From positions 1-25,724 of the IMG/VR virus record IMGVR_UViG_3300006217_000018: 25,724 nt of DNA. One strand, given 5' to 3'. The notes below the pieces were generated by a model. That model made no database searches, was not told where the DNA came from, and worked only from the letters and a program-made list of their open reading frames with translations. Within the stretch, counting starts at the first letter, position 1, and every line of letters begins with the position of its first letter. This stretch comes from a virus. Lineage: Duplodnaviria > Heunggongvirae > Uroviricota > Caudoviricetes. This document shows positions 8,059-16,109 of this stretch, piece after piece. The position numbers were made by a program, and so were the translations under genes.

Positions 8059-8469
8059 ATGAGTTTAATAGGATACGCATTGAAGATGGCAAAACGATAT
8101 TATGATTCTGAAACGTATGAACATGCGATTAGAGTTGTTGGTTATGTTGTAGATAATGATATGATTCCAAATGAAGACATGGATAATTGTATAACATTGG
8201 CGATTATGCATGATTTATTAGAAGATACGGAATATTCGTTTGGTGATTCTAGTTTGTCTAAAGGATTTATTGATTGTTTAGAACTTTTAACAAAACCTAA
8301 AGATATTGATTATGTAGAATATATCAAAAAAATTAAAGAAAACTATGTTGATTTTCCCGAAGCGTATTGGGTAAAGATTGCAGATATGAAAGATCATTTA
8401 TTACAGACAGAAACGTTAACGGATGATTTAAAAGAAAAATATTTAACAGCATTACCATATTTATTATAA
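8059..8469 (+). CDS. Stand-alone HD-domain RelA/SpoT-type hydrolase (Mesh1/SAH-like, 136 aa)
   Basis: YEHAIRV, AIMHDLLEDT, LLTK, VKIADMKDHL; GGAGGT RBS gives start 8059. Confidence 0.85.
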   Translation: MSLIGYALKMAKRYYDSETYEHAIRVVGYVVDNDMIPNEDMDNCITLAIMHDLLEDTEYSFGDSSLSKGFIDCLELLTKPKDIDYVEYIKKIKENYVDFPEAYWVKIADMKDHLLQTETLTDDLKEKYLTALPYLL

Positions 8470-8480
8470 GAAGGGAGGAT

Positions 8481-8792
8481 ATGGGAATGGATATAGCACA
8501 GGAAATGAGAAAGGTGTTTGACGAAGAAATAAGAAAGACTTTGCTTTCTCCGTTTGAACAATGCAAAACAGAAAAAAGAGAAGCCAATCCAATTGATGAA
8601 ATTCACAGAATGATAGATAAGTTGACAACGGTGATTCTGTGTAATGATGATGAACAGGAAGAATTGCAAGCGTTGGCAGACAAAGAAAGAGGATTTTATA
8701 AAATGATTGGAAGTCCTTATATTGAAAAAGGGCAGGCAGTAATTGTAAAAGATGAAACCACAAAAAAGGCTTTGCTGTCTGCTTATAAATAA
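8481..8792 (+). CDS. Hypothetical phage protein (103 aa)
   Basis: GGGAGG RBS. Confidence 0.75.
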   Translation: MGMDIAQEMRKVFDEEIRKTLLSPFEQCKTEKREANPIDEIHRMIDKLTTVILCNDDEQEELQALADKERGFYKMIGSPYIEKGQAVIVKDETTKKALLSAYK

Positions 8793-8804
8793 CTTGGTAC
8801 AACG

Positions 8805-8848
8805 CCCCCTCAAATCTCCTGTACAATAGAATTAGGGGATTTAGGGGG
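8805..8848. other. GC-rich inverted repeat with 13-nt loop
   Basis: CCCCCTCAAATCTCCT ... AGGGGATTTAGGGGG (one bulge, one G-T). Confidence 0.6.
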
Positions 8849-8869
8849 ATTGTGGAAAGGTAGGAGAAT

Positions 8870-9025
8870 ATGGAACTGAAAGTCAAGGAAGATAAATGTG
8901 AATACTATATACCGGAGAAGGACAACCCGTATCTCTGTATTGGACGGAATTTAAAAGAATGCAAGGACTGTCAGATAAGAGCAGACTGGGAGCCGGAAAA
9001 AGACCCATATCTGATAGGAAGATAA
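8870..9025 (+). CDS. Small Cys-containing hypothetical protein (51 aa, not in the ORF track)
   Basis: AGGAG RBS; MELKVKEDKCEYYIPEKDNPYLCIGRNLKECKDCQIRADWEPEKDPYLIGR*. Confidence 0.6.
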   Translation: MELKVKEDKCEYYIPEKDNPYLCIGRNLKECKDCQIRADWEPEKDPYLIGR

Positions 9026-9051
9026 TCGGGATTGTGGAGGGAAAGGGAAAT

Positions 9052-9447
9052 ATGAGATTAACAAAGAAAAGGGAAGATAATGGAAGATATTATTTAAGTG
9101 GCTTGTCAGAGGTATCTAACATATATCCTAAAGGATATGGGCGGATACAAGTAGGTCATGCAGTTGACAAGCTGGCAGAATACGAGGACTTAGAGGAAAA
9201 AAACAGACTGATGGAACTGCCTTGTGCGGTGGGGGATACGGCTTGGATTGTTTTTGAGGGAGAAATTTTTAAATGTATGGTATCAAAATTTGATATTGTG
9301 AGAAATGGTATTTTCCCAATGTTGCGTATAAATGAAACATTGGAAACAATAAGCGTTTCGATGAAAACATTAGAAAAGACTTGGTTCCTCACCAAAGAAG
9401 TAGCCGAAGCCGCATTGAAAGAATTGGAGAGGGGTAAGGGAGAATGA
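9052..9447 (+). CDS. Temperate-phage accessory protein (131 aa)
   Basis: RBS AAAGGG before ATG 9052; DKLAEYEDLEE..ELPCAVGDTAW..WFLTKE.AEAAL pattern typical of Firmicutes siphophage early genes. Confidence 0.75.
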   Translation: MRLTKKREDNGRYYLSGLSEVSNIYPKGYGRIQVGHAVDKLAEYEDLEEKNRLMELPCAVGDTAWIVFEGEIFKCMVSKFDIVRNGIFPMLRINETLETISVSMKTLEKTWFLTKEVAEAALKELERGKGE

Positions 9448-9674
9448 GATATAAGTGCATAAAAGAAATGTGTTTACCAAAATGTGATGGTGATGGTTTT
9501 GAAATTCCAAATAAATGTGGATTTGTGACTGTTGGAAGCATTTGGGAAAGAGATAATAGAGGAAGTATTATCAGCGGTGACGTACATATGGATTCGCTGA
9601 ATGATGATTCTGATTTTGGATGGATAGAAATTTCGTTTGAGAGCTTGAAAGAAAATTTTGTGCTGATTGAATGA
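9444..9674 (+). CDS. Hypothetical protein (76 aa)
   Basis: ATGA overlap with the upstream gene; GGGAG RBS. Confidence 0.75.
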   Translation: MRYKCIKEMCLPKCDGDGFEIPNKCGFVTVGSIWERDNRGSIISGDVHMDSLNDDSDFGWIEISFESLKENFVLIE

Positions 9675-9742
9675 AATCGGTGAGCGTATGGGCGGTGTAA
9701 CATGGATAAGCTAACCCCAAAGCAGAAAGCAAAGGTGAGGAT

Positions 9743-9943
9743 ATGACTGCATTAGAGAAGCAAGTCAAAGTAAAAGAAGTATTATCTCGTCAGTGTGGGT
9801 GGTATGGAAAATGTCATTACTGCGACTTTTTCGCAAATGAAGATAATACAGACGGAGAGTATTTCTGCATGATAAGAGATTCGGAAAAACGTGTACCATT
9901 TCAACATGGATGGGATATAGAAAGTGCAATGATAAGTGATTGA
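9743..9943 (+). CDS. Cys-rich hypothetical protein (66 aa)
   Basis: GAGG RBS; C..C..C...C. Confidence 0.65.
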   Translation: MTALEKQVKVKEVLSRQCGWYGKCHYCDFFANEDNTDGEYFCMIRDSEKRVPFQHGWDIESAMISD

Positions 9944-9954
9944 GGTGATAGAAA

Positions 9955-10476
9955 GTGGCTGCCAGGCTGACAGATAAACAGAAAAAAGAAATAATTGCTG
10001 ATTATGTGGAGTCTGGCAGTTACAGAGCAACAGCAAAGAAATTTGGAGTGTCAGATAACACTGTAAAAAAGATATGCAATGAAAATGCGCAGATTGCGCA
10101 GAAGTGCGCAGAGAAAAAAGAGCAGAACACTGCTGAAATTTTGGATTATCTGGATTCCAGAAAAGAGAAAGCGAAAGATGTCTTAGACGCTTACATAGAA
10201 GCCTTGAAAAAGCCAGAGAAAATAGAAGCAGCGAAGCTGTCAGAGATTGCTACTGCAATGGGGATCGTGATAGATAAATTCATCAACAACCCGATGAAAC
10301 ACCAGTTGGATAAACAGAAACTTGAAATCGAACTCCTGAAGCTGGAAAGCCAGGTCAAGGACAACCAGCCGGAGGAAGAAGCAGAAGACAACTTCTTTGA
10401 CGCTCTGAACGGAACGGCAGCGGAAGTGTGGGAGGAAAGTGAGGTAGAGGAAGATGGAGAATTTAAAACCGATTGA
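9955..10476 (+). CDS. terS: Terminase small subunit (N-terminal HTH)
   Basis: LTDKQK..I..Y..SGSY.ATAKKFGVS HTH, coiled coil, acidic tail with DNFFDAL; upstream of terL. Confidence 0.8.
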   Translation: MAARLTDKQKKEIIADYVESGSYRATAKKFGVSDNTVKKICNENAQIAQKCAEKKEQNTAEILDYLDSRKEKAKDVLDAYIEALKKPEKIEAAKLSEIATAMGIVIDKFINNPMKHQLDKQKLEIELLKLESQVKDNQPEEEAEDNFFDALNGTAAEVWEESEVEEDGEFKTD

Positions 10477-10912
10477 TGTAATGTCAAAATGTCCAGTTTG
10501 CGGGACAACAGCAGTATTTGACAAGTCGCACAGTGACGAAGCGGAAAAAATAAAGTTTTATGTTCATTGCCCGGAATGTGGATTAGGAACAAAGAAAATT
10601 TATACTGCCGGAGTATTTCTTTCGTATACGGGAGATATGGTATTGATAAGTTCCGAAGTGAACGATGCAATTAACGACTGGAATAGCTTAGTCCATAGTT
10701 ATGAAAAATCGAACAATGAGAATATTGGAACTAACAGAACATCAATATCGTTTTCTAACGATGTTTACGAGTACATAAAAGGAATGGCACGGTTTAAAGG
10801 AATAACAATGTCAGAATTTTCCAATGAGATATTGAAAAAATCAATGGAAGAAGATGAGGCATATAAATTTATCTTAGAAGCAAGAAAGAAGCTGGATACT
10901 GATGGGAAATGA
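10454..10912 (+). CDS. Lar-like zinc-ribbon / ribbon-helix-helix fusion protein (152 aa)
   Basis: LKP..KCPVCG...VHCPECG...AINDWN, then RTSISFSNDVYEYIKGMARFKGITMSEFSNEILKKSM. Confidence 0.7.
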   Translation: MENLKPIDVMSKCPVCGTTAVFDKSHSDEAEKIKFYVHCPECGLGTKKIYTAGVFLSYTGDMVLISSEVNDAINDWNSLVHSYEKSNNENIGTNRTSISFSNDVYEYIKGMARFKGITMSEFSNEILKKSMEEDEAYKFILEARKKLDTDGK

Positions 10913-12230
10913 CATCAACACCCGCATAGAAAATATCCGCAAAGGCATATCAAATCGTGCAGCCGCCATGAAAGCCAAGGTGCAGAAGCAGGGCTTCCAG
11001 TTTAAACCATTTTCCACCAAGCAGAAGAAAGTCCTGACCTGGTGGTGTCCTGCAAGCCCGGTCAAGGATATGGACGGAATCATAGCAGATGGGGCAATCA
11101 GGAGCGGTAAAACGCTGTCTATGTCGCTGTCCTATGTGCTGTGGGCGATGGAAAACTTTAATAATAGCGATTTTGGAATGGCTGGAAAGACGATTGCTTC
11201 TTTTAGGAGAAATGTTGTAAATACCCTAAAATTGATGTTGATAAGTAGAGGATATAAAATCAAAGACCATAGAGGAGACAGCCATTATTTAACCATAAGC
11301 AAAGGAGATATAACTAATACATTTTATATCTTTGGAGGAAATCACGAGGGTTCGCAGGATTTGGTTCAAGGATTTACGGGTTCCGGTTTTTTCTTTGATG
11401 AAGTTGCCCTTATGCCGGAATCATTCGTTAATCAGGCAACCGGGCGTTGTTCGGTGGACGGTTCAAAGTTTTGGTTTAACTGTAACCCGGACAGCCCCAG
11501 GCACTGGTTCAAGGTCAACTGGATTGATAAGGCAGAGGAAAAGCGGCTTGTATATCTGCATTTCACTATGGATGATAATCTTTCCCTGTCAGAGCGGATA
11601 AAAGCCCGTTATCGTGGAATGTATGTGGGCGTATTCTTTAAGCGGTATATCCAAGGACTGTGGTGCGTGGCAGAGGGGCTTGTCTACTCCATGTTTGACG
11701 AGGACAAGCACGTCAAAGACAAACACATGACCGGGGAAAAAGAATGGGTTGTGTCTGTGGACTATGGAACGGTCAATCCGTTCGCCGCCGGGCTGTGGGC
11801 GTTTGATGGAAAACGGGCGCAAAAGGAATCTGAATACTGCTATGACAGCAAAGAAACGGGAATCCGGCGAGATGATGAAACGCATTATCAGGAGATATGT
11901 AAGCTGATTGGAGATAGAAAGGTATCATTTATCATTGTTGACCCGTCTGCTGCTTCGTTTATCGAAACAATCAAGAAGCATGGGAATTATATTGCCAAAG
12001 GTGCGGAAAATGACGTATTGGACGGAATACGGGTACAGACCACATTCTTAAACAGAGGAATTATCAGCTATTACAAGGACTGCGAAGCAACCATAAATGA
12101 GTACGGGTTGTATTCATGGGATATGGAAAGCCCGGAGGACGCTGTTATAAAGGAGTTCGACCACTGCATGGATAGCGACAGATATTACTGCTATACATTC
12201 CTGCGGCGGCGGTTGAGGTGGAAATATTAA
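10902..12230 (+). CDS. terL: Terminase large subunit (PBSX-like)
   Basis: Walker A GAIRSGKT, Walker B FFFDEVAL, NCNPDSPRHW, nuclease VDYG..NP and DHCMDSDRY. Confidence 0.95.
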   Translation: MGNDINTRIENIRKGISNRAAAMKAKVQKQGFQFKPFSTKQKKVLTWWCPASPVKDMDGIIADGAIRSGKTLSMSLSYVLWAMENFNNSDFGMAGKTIASFRRNVVNTLKLMLISRGYKIKDHRGDSHYLTISKGDITNTFYIFGGNHEGSQDLVQGFTGSGFFFDEVALMPESFVNQATGRCSVDGSKFWFNCNPDSPRHWFKVNWIDKAEEKRLVYLHFTMDDNLSLSERIKARYRGMYVGVFFKRYIQGLWCVAEGLVYSMFDEDKHVKDKHMTGEKEWVVSVDYGTVNPFAAGLWAFDGKRAQKESEYCYDSKETGIRRDDETHYQEICKLIGDRKVSFIIVDPSAASFIETIKKHGNYIAKGAENDVLDGIRVQTTFLNRGIISYYKDCEATINEYGLYSWDMESPEDAVIKEFDHCMDSDRYYCYTFLRRRLRWKY

Positions 12231-12259
12231 AGTGGATATGTGGTAGAAAGGGGAAGGAT

Positions 12260-12580
12260 ATGGAAAGCAGCATAAAAGCATTTAATATGCCATTTGAAGC
12301 ATGGTATAAAGATACGGTTTTGGGAGAACCACATATATACGTTGGTATGTACTATGAGAGCGGCGGATGTGATGGTGAATTTAAGATTGTTTGGGATAAT
12401 ATCGGAATCCAGTTAAGAGCCTATGATGATTCATGGGAAGTGTTAAGCCATATGCCGGAATTGATTGACCTTATGGGCAGGATTCAGATTGAGGAATTGA
12501 ATCCGACTATTGAGGAATTTGCGGAAATGTTGAAAGGTATTGGATTCAAAGACCTTACAGAAAGAGAAAGAATTTATTGA
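12260..12580 (+). CDS. Hypothetical protein (106 aa)
   Basis: GGAAGG RBS favours ATG 12260. Confidence 0.7.
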   Translation: MESSIKAFNMPFEAWYKDTVLGEPHIYVGMYYESGGCDGEFKIVWDNIGIQLRAYDDSWEVLSHMPELIDLMGRIQIEELNPTIEEFAEMLKGIGFKDLTERERIY

Positions 12581-12615
12581 AGCATCTGCCAATGTGGTAA
12601 GGAGAGGATAGGGAA

Positions 12616-12855
12616 ATGAAGATAGAAACAATTATCTGCGATTGTTGCGGAGAAGAAATTCCGAAGGTTAAGAAGAAAAATATTTTTGGAATTGAAAGGG
12701 AATATTATAGGCTTGGAAAGCTGAATTATGGCTATCCATTTAATGATATTAACTGCCGTACTCTCGGACTTCATTTGTGTGAGCGTTGCGCTGGGAATAT
12801 TAGTTTGGAAATGTACAAAACAAGAGTAGAATTGTGCGGAGGATTGATAGAATGA
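12616..12855 (+). CDS. Zinc-binding hypothetical protein (79 aa)
   Basis: ICDCCG ... LCERC pairs. Confidence 0.7.
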   Translation: MKIETIICDCCGEEIPKVKKKNIFGIEREYYRLGKLNYGYPFNDINCRTLGLHLCERCAGNISLEMYKTRVELCGGLIE

Positions 12856-13223
12856 GCAAAGAAAAAATTGCTGAACAAATCCAACAAATCAATTTACTCT
12901 CAGAAGAAGAACAAAGGTATTTGTATGGGGAATGTGATAAATGGTGTATTGAGAATTTTGAGGACGGACTTGAAATTGTCGCTATAATGGAATCCGATAA
13001 TCACGAAAACGGAATTACCCATAGTTATCTTAGAAATCCAGACAATCAACTTTGTTATGATGTGAGGGGAGAAAGTGGTTGTGATGAAGAAATAATTGCC
13101 TATACTGGTGCTGATTATTTCAATGACGAAATCGAGGAATATGTTTTTGAAAACCTCTACGATTTTAAGAAATTCTTAAAATGGGTAGAGTTTGAAGTTG
13201 TAAGGGAGGGATATCTAGTGTGA
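12852..13223 (+). CDS. Acidic hypothetical protein, possible papain/transglutaminase-like fold (123 aa)
   Basis: ATGA overlap and GGAGG RBS; YGEC..THSYL..YDVRG. Confidence 0.7.
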   Translation: MSKEKIAEQIQQINLLSEEEQRYLYGECDKWCIENFEDGLEIVAIMESDNHENGITHSYLRNPDNQLCYDVRGESGCDEEIIAYTGADYFNDEIEEYVFENLYDFKKFLKWVEFEVVREGYLV

Positions 13224-13390
13224 TAAAGCCTGGAATTATAAGGCTGGCTTTCTTTAATCGCATTAAGCGGATTGCTAATGTTTATTGTTGATTATCCTAA
13301 CACTTGGGATTTTGGGAGGTTATTGTATGTGCTGGATGGATTGGTATAACAGAATACTTGGAAAAGCGCAAGAAGAAATGAGGTGTTTTT

Positions 13391-13633
13391 ATGAAAACTA
13401 TTTTGCAACAATGTTGTGATGACGCTTGAGCTGTAATCCAAGGAAGAAAAAGAATTTCTGGAAACAAGATCATTGATGTTAAACAAGGCACGGAGGACTG
13501 TTTCTGGATGGAATATTTTATCCGGCTGAATTTGGCAATCACACAATTTCAGAGGGAATTTCTGTATAGTTATTTATGTGAGCATGGAGAATACAAAAAT
13601 GTCGAAGAAAAAGGAATTATCTCAAGAAGATAG
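13391..13633 (+). pseudogene. 80-codon gene with internal TGA at codon 13
   Basis: GAGGTG RBS, MKTILQQCCDDA*AVIQGRKRISGNK...EEKGIISRR*. Confidence 0.5.
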
Positions 13634-14399
13634 ATTACAAATGGAAAAAGAGAATGAATTAAAGAATATAAAAAGAAAAATTATACATCTTAATACTCCA
13701 TCATATTTTTTTGACGTAGGTGATAAAGTAAGTTTTGGATCTTTCAAGGACAGCATCGTTGAAGAAGTTTTGTTTGATGGAAAAGTTTATGTTTTGAAGT
13801 GTTTAGCAACAAATAACAGTTATGGCAATCCATATGATTATGAAACATGTAGAGTTGTTCCGTGGATAGAAGTAAGACCTATAAATGGATCTATAGATAC
13901 TAATTTTTCTGAAAATCAAGATGTTAGGTTAAATTATTATAGTTCTTCAATAGAAGGTTTGCTGTCTAAAAAATATGGTTTTGGAATAGACTTTGATCCA
14001 GATTATCAAAGAGGATATGTTTGGGATGAGACAGATAAGGAACTTTTATTAGACAGTATATTTAAAAATATTGACATTGGGAAATTTGTTCTAATACATT
14101 TATCTGATGAAGAGTGGTATGAAAGAGGTTTAAGTTATGAAATACTTGATGGCAAACAGCGTTTAAGTACATTGATTGAATTTTATGAAAACAAATTGTC
14201 ATATAAAGGAAAATATTTTAATGATTTAAGTAGAATGGATAAAATGGCTTTTGTAGAACATCAAGTATCTGTCGCAGAAGTAAGTGAAACAGATAAAAAG
14301 ACAGTTTTGAAATATTTCTTGATGCTTAATAGGACTGGAAAATCTATGGATGAATCACATTTATCAGAAATAGAAAAGAAATTGAACAGTATGGAATAG
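13578..14399 (+). CDS. DUF262 domain protein with N-terminal beta-rich (SH3/KOW-like) domain (start uncertain, 13578 or 13599)
   Basis: FDPDYQRGYVW..LLDSI..DIG.F, EILDGKQRLSTL, LNRTG. Confidence 0.88.
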   Translation: MSMENTKMSKKKELSQEDRLQMEKENELKNIKRKIIHLNTPSYFFDVGDKVSFGSFKDSIVEEVLFDGKVYVLKCLATNNSYGNPYDYETCRVVPWIEVRPINGSIDTNFSENQDVRLNYYSSSIEGLLSKKYGFGIDFDPDYQRGYVWDETDKELLLDSIFKNIDIGKFVLIHLSDEEWYERGLSYEILDGKQRLSTLIEFYENKLSYKGKYFNDLSRMDKMAFVEHQVSVAEVSETDKKTVLKYFLMLNRTGKSMDESHLSEIEKKLNSME

Positions 14400-14404
14400 A
14401 TAGC

Positions 14405-14420
14405 TGAAAACTTGATTTCA
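14405..14420. repeat. Junction palindrome TGAAA-ACTTGA-TTTCA
   Basis: Perfect arms; 5 nt after a stop, before GAGGAG. Confidence 0.75.
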
Positions 14421-14443
14421 ACTGATAGAGAGGAGAGAAAAGT

Positions 14444-14626
14444 ATGAATAACTTTGATAAAATAAGAGAAGAAACAGCCACTATGGAAGGTATGGCAAAA
14501 ATGTTTTTGTCTTCTGATTGGGAAGGCAAAGGACACTATTTTAGTGTACACGCTGCTAGGTATTTTGATTCTGAAGAAAAAGCAATTCAAGCGGAAATTA
14601 AATGGCTTCAACAGGAAAGTGAGTAG
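14444..14626 (+). CDS. Hypothetical phage protein (60 aa)
   Basis: GAGGAG RBS. Confidence 0.7.
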   Translation: MNNFDKIREETATMEGMAKMFLSSDWEGKGHYFSVHAARYFDSEEKAIQAEIKWLQQESE

Positions 14627-14635
14627 TTTTAAAGT

Positions 14636-14848
14636 ATGAAAAGAAATATTATGAAAGTTTATGCGATAGAAGCTATGACATTGGGAGGTTTATATCTTAC
14701 AACTAAAGTAAGTCAAGAAGCATACAGTAGTTATGAATTGGCAAAAGAATTTTGTAGTAGCAGATTGGATAATCCGATACAAATAGATGATTATAACTGG
14801 AAATCGGATAGATATAAATATTCTATCTTAGTATTGGATGTACGTTAA
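14636..14848 (+). CDS. Hypothetical protein (70 aa)
   Basis: ORF in the co-oriented array; its TAA stop begins TAAAA-TCAATT-TGTTA. Confidence 0.65.
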   Translation: MKRNIMKVYAIEAMTLGGLYLTTKVSQEAYSSYELAKEFCSSRLDNPIQIDDYNWKSDRYKYSILVLDVR

Positions 14849-14904
14849 AATCAATTTGTTAGAAAGGAAATGTTTCAAAGTGAAGGAGTGATAGGAGAGA
14901 TAAG

Positions 14905-15141
14905 ATGATTAATAAAATTTTTCCAATTAAACAGTGTCCAAACTGTGAAGGAAAATTATTTACAGTTAAGCAGTATATACACGGATATGGGGAATATTAT
15001 GTAAATTTAGAAACTGGGGAAATTGAGTCTACAGAATTACATAGTGGGTTATCTTATAAAAATTCTGGTAAATATGCTATTTGTACTGATTGTGGAAAGC
15101 GTTTATTTAAAATTGATGATAATTTAAACGTTATTCAATAA
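14905..15141 (+). CDS. Zinc-ribbon protein (78 aa)
   Basis: CPNC ... CTDCGKRLF; AGGAG RBS. Confidence 0.8.
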   Translation: MINKIFPIKQCPNCEGKLFTVKQYIHGYGEYYVNLETGEIESTELHSGLSYKNSGKYAICTDCGKRLFKIDDNLNVIQ

Positions 15142-15157
15142 CGAATTTCGATTTTCA
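15142..15157. repeat. Junction palindrome CGAAT-TTCGAT-TTTCA
   Basis: One mismatch; directly after a stop, before GAGGAG. Confidence 0.6.
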
Positions 15158-15173
15158 TTGAGAGGAGAAAATT

Positions 15174-15440
15174 GTGTTATATAATATTGGAGATGTACTT
15201 GCATGTAAAAATACTGTGAATGCACGATGCTTAGAAATGAGTAATCCTGATTTTGATATTAAATGTGGCGATCAATATAAGGTCACTGACAAAGATGATT
15301 TTCCTGACGATCATCATTGTCATTGGTATGAGCTTACATCGGAAAAAGATAAGAGTATTGTACTAAATGCATGGAATGATGAAGAGCATATGATAATAGA
15401 TGATAGTTTTGAGAAGTATGTTGCTTGTGAAGAAGGGTAA
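15174..15440 (+). CDS. Hypothetical protein (88 aa)
   Basis: GAGGAG RBS, GTG start. Confidence 0.75.
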   Translation: MLYNIGDVLACKNTVNARCLEMSNPDFDIKCGDQYKVTDKDDFPDDHHCHWYELTSEKDKSIVLNAWNDEEHMIIDDSFEKYVACEEG

Positions 15441-15447
15441 TGGTAAA

Positions 15448-15609
15448 ATGATTACTTGGAAATGTTTATATAAATTAGATGGCGAAGAACTAAGAGGAAT
15501 TGTAAACGACATTAAGAGTGGTGAAAGTTATACTGTTTCAGGATGGGAGGATACATATTCAACAGATGATGATATTTTGAAGTATGCTGCCAGATGTGAG
15601 GTAAAGTGA
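15448..15609 (+). CDS. Hypothetical protein (53 aa)
   Basis: ATG 15448 preferred to avoid a long overlap; GTGA overlap with the next gene. Confidence 0.55.
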   Translation: MITWKCLYKLDGEELRGIVNDIKSGESYTVSGWEDTYSTDDDILKYAARCEVK

Positions 15610-15857
15610 ATATGGGACGATTAGTACAAAAAATAAATTTTGGTTATGGAGATATGTTTGTATATGGAGAGGCTGATTTTGAAACTAATCAGTCTATGCA
15701 GGAACCGTTAGAGAAGTTGTTCAAATATGAGGAATCATTTGATAAAGAAATAATGCATACTCTTATTGATTACCTTGATAAGACAGTTTTTTATAAATAT
15801 CATTCATGCAATATTATTAATGATGTAAAAGAAGCTTTGGGAAATTATAAAAAGTAA
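15606..15857 (+). CDS. Hypothetical protein (83 aa)
   Basis: GAGGT RBS, GTGA overlap. Confidence 0.7.
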   Translation: MNMGRLVQKINFGYGDMFVYGEADFETNQSMQEPLEKLFKYEESFDKEIMHTLIDYLDKTVFYKYHSCNIINDVKEALGNYKK

Positions 15858-15878
15858 GATAATGGTTGAGGTGATAAA

Positions 15879-16109
15879 ATGGAATGTGAATGGAGATATT
15901 TTATAGTTCTAAATAATGAAAATAATGATTACGTTTCAGATTGTGAAGAGCCTGGTGAAGGCCTTCCGTTGTGTGGAAGAGATTTTAATGTAGCAAAGTA
16001 TTTTTTGAGTCCGAAGGAATTAGTAGAATGGGCAAGGAAAAATACGTCATTGGTTTTGGAAGAGGGAGAGTATCACATAGAAGGACATTATTTACCTAGC
16101 AATGTATAG
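15879..16109 (+). CDS. Hypothetical protein (76 aa)
   Basis: GAGGTG RBS. Confidence 0.7.
   Translation: MECEWRYFIVLNNENNDYVSDCEEPGEGLPLCGRDFNVAKYFLSPKELVEWARKNTSLVLEEGEYHIEGHYLPSNV

Noticed and set aside
13225-13255. Intrinsic terminator after 12852-13223
   Set aside because: Only 5-6 bp alternative stems (AGCCT/AGGCT or AAAGCC/GGCTTT) with an interrupted T-run; too weak to call.
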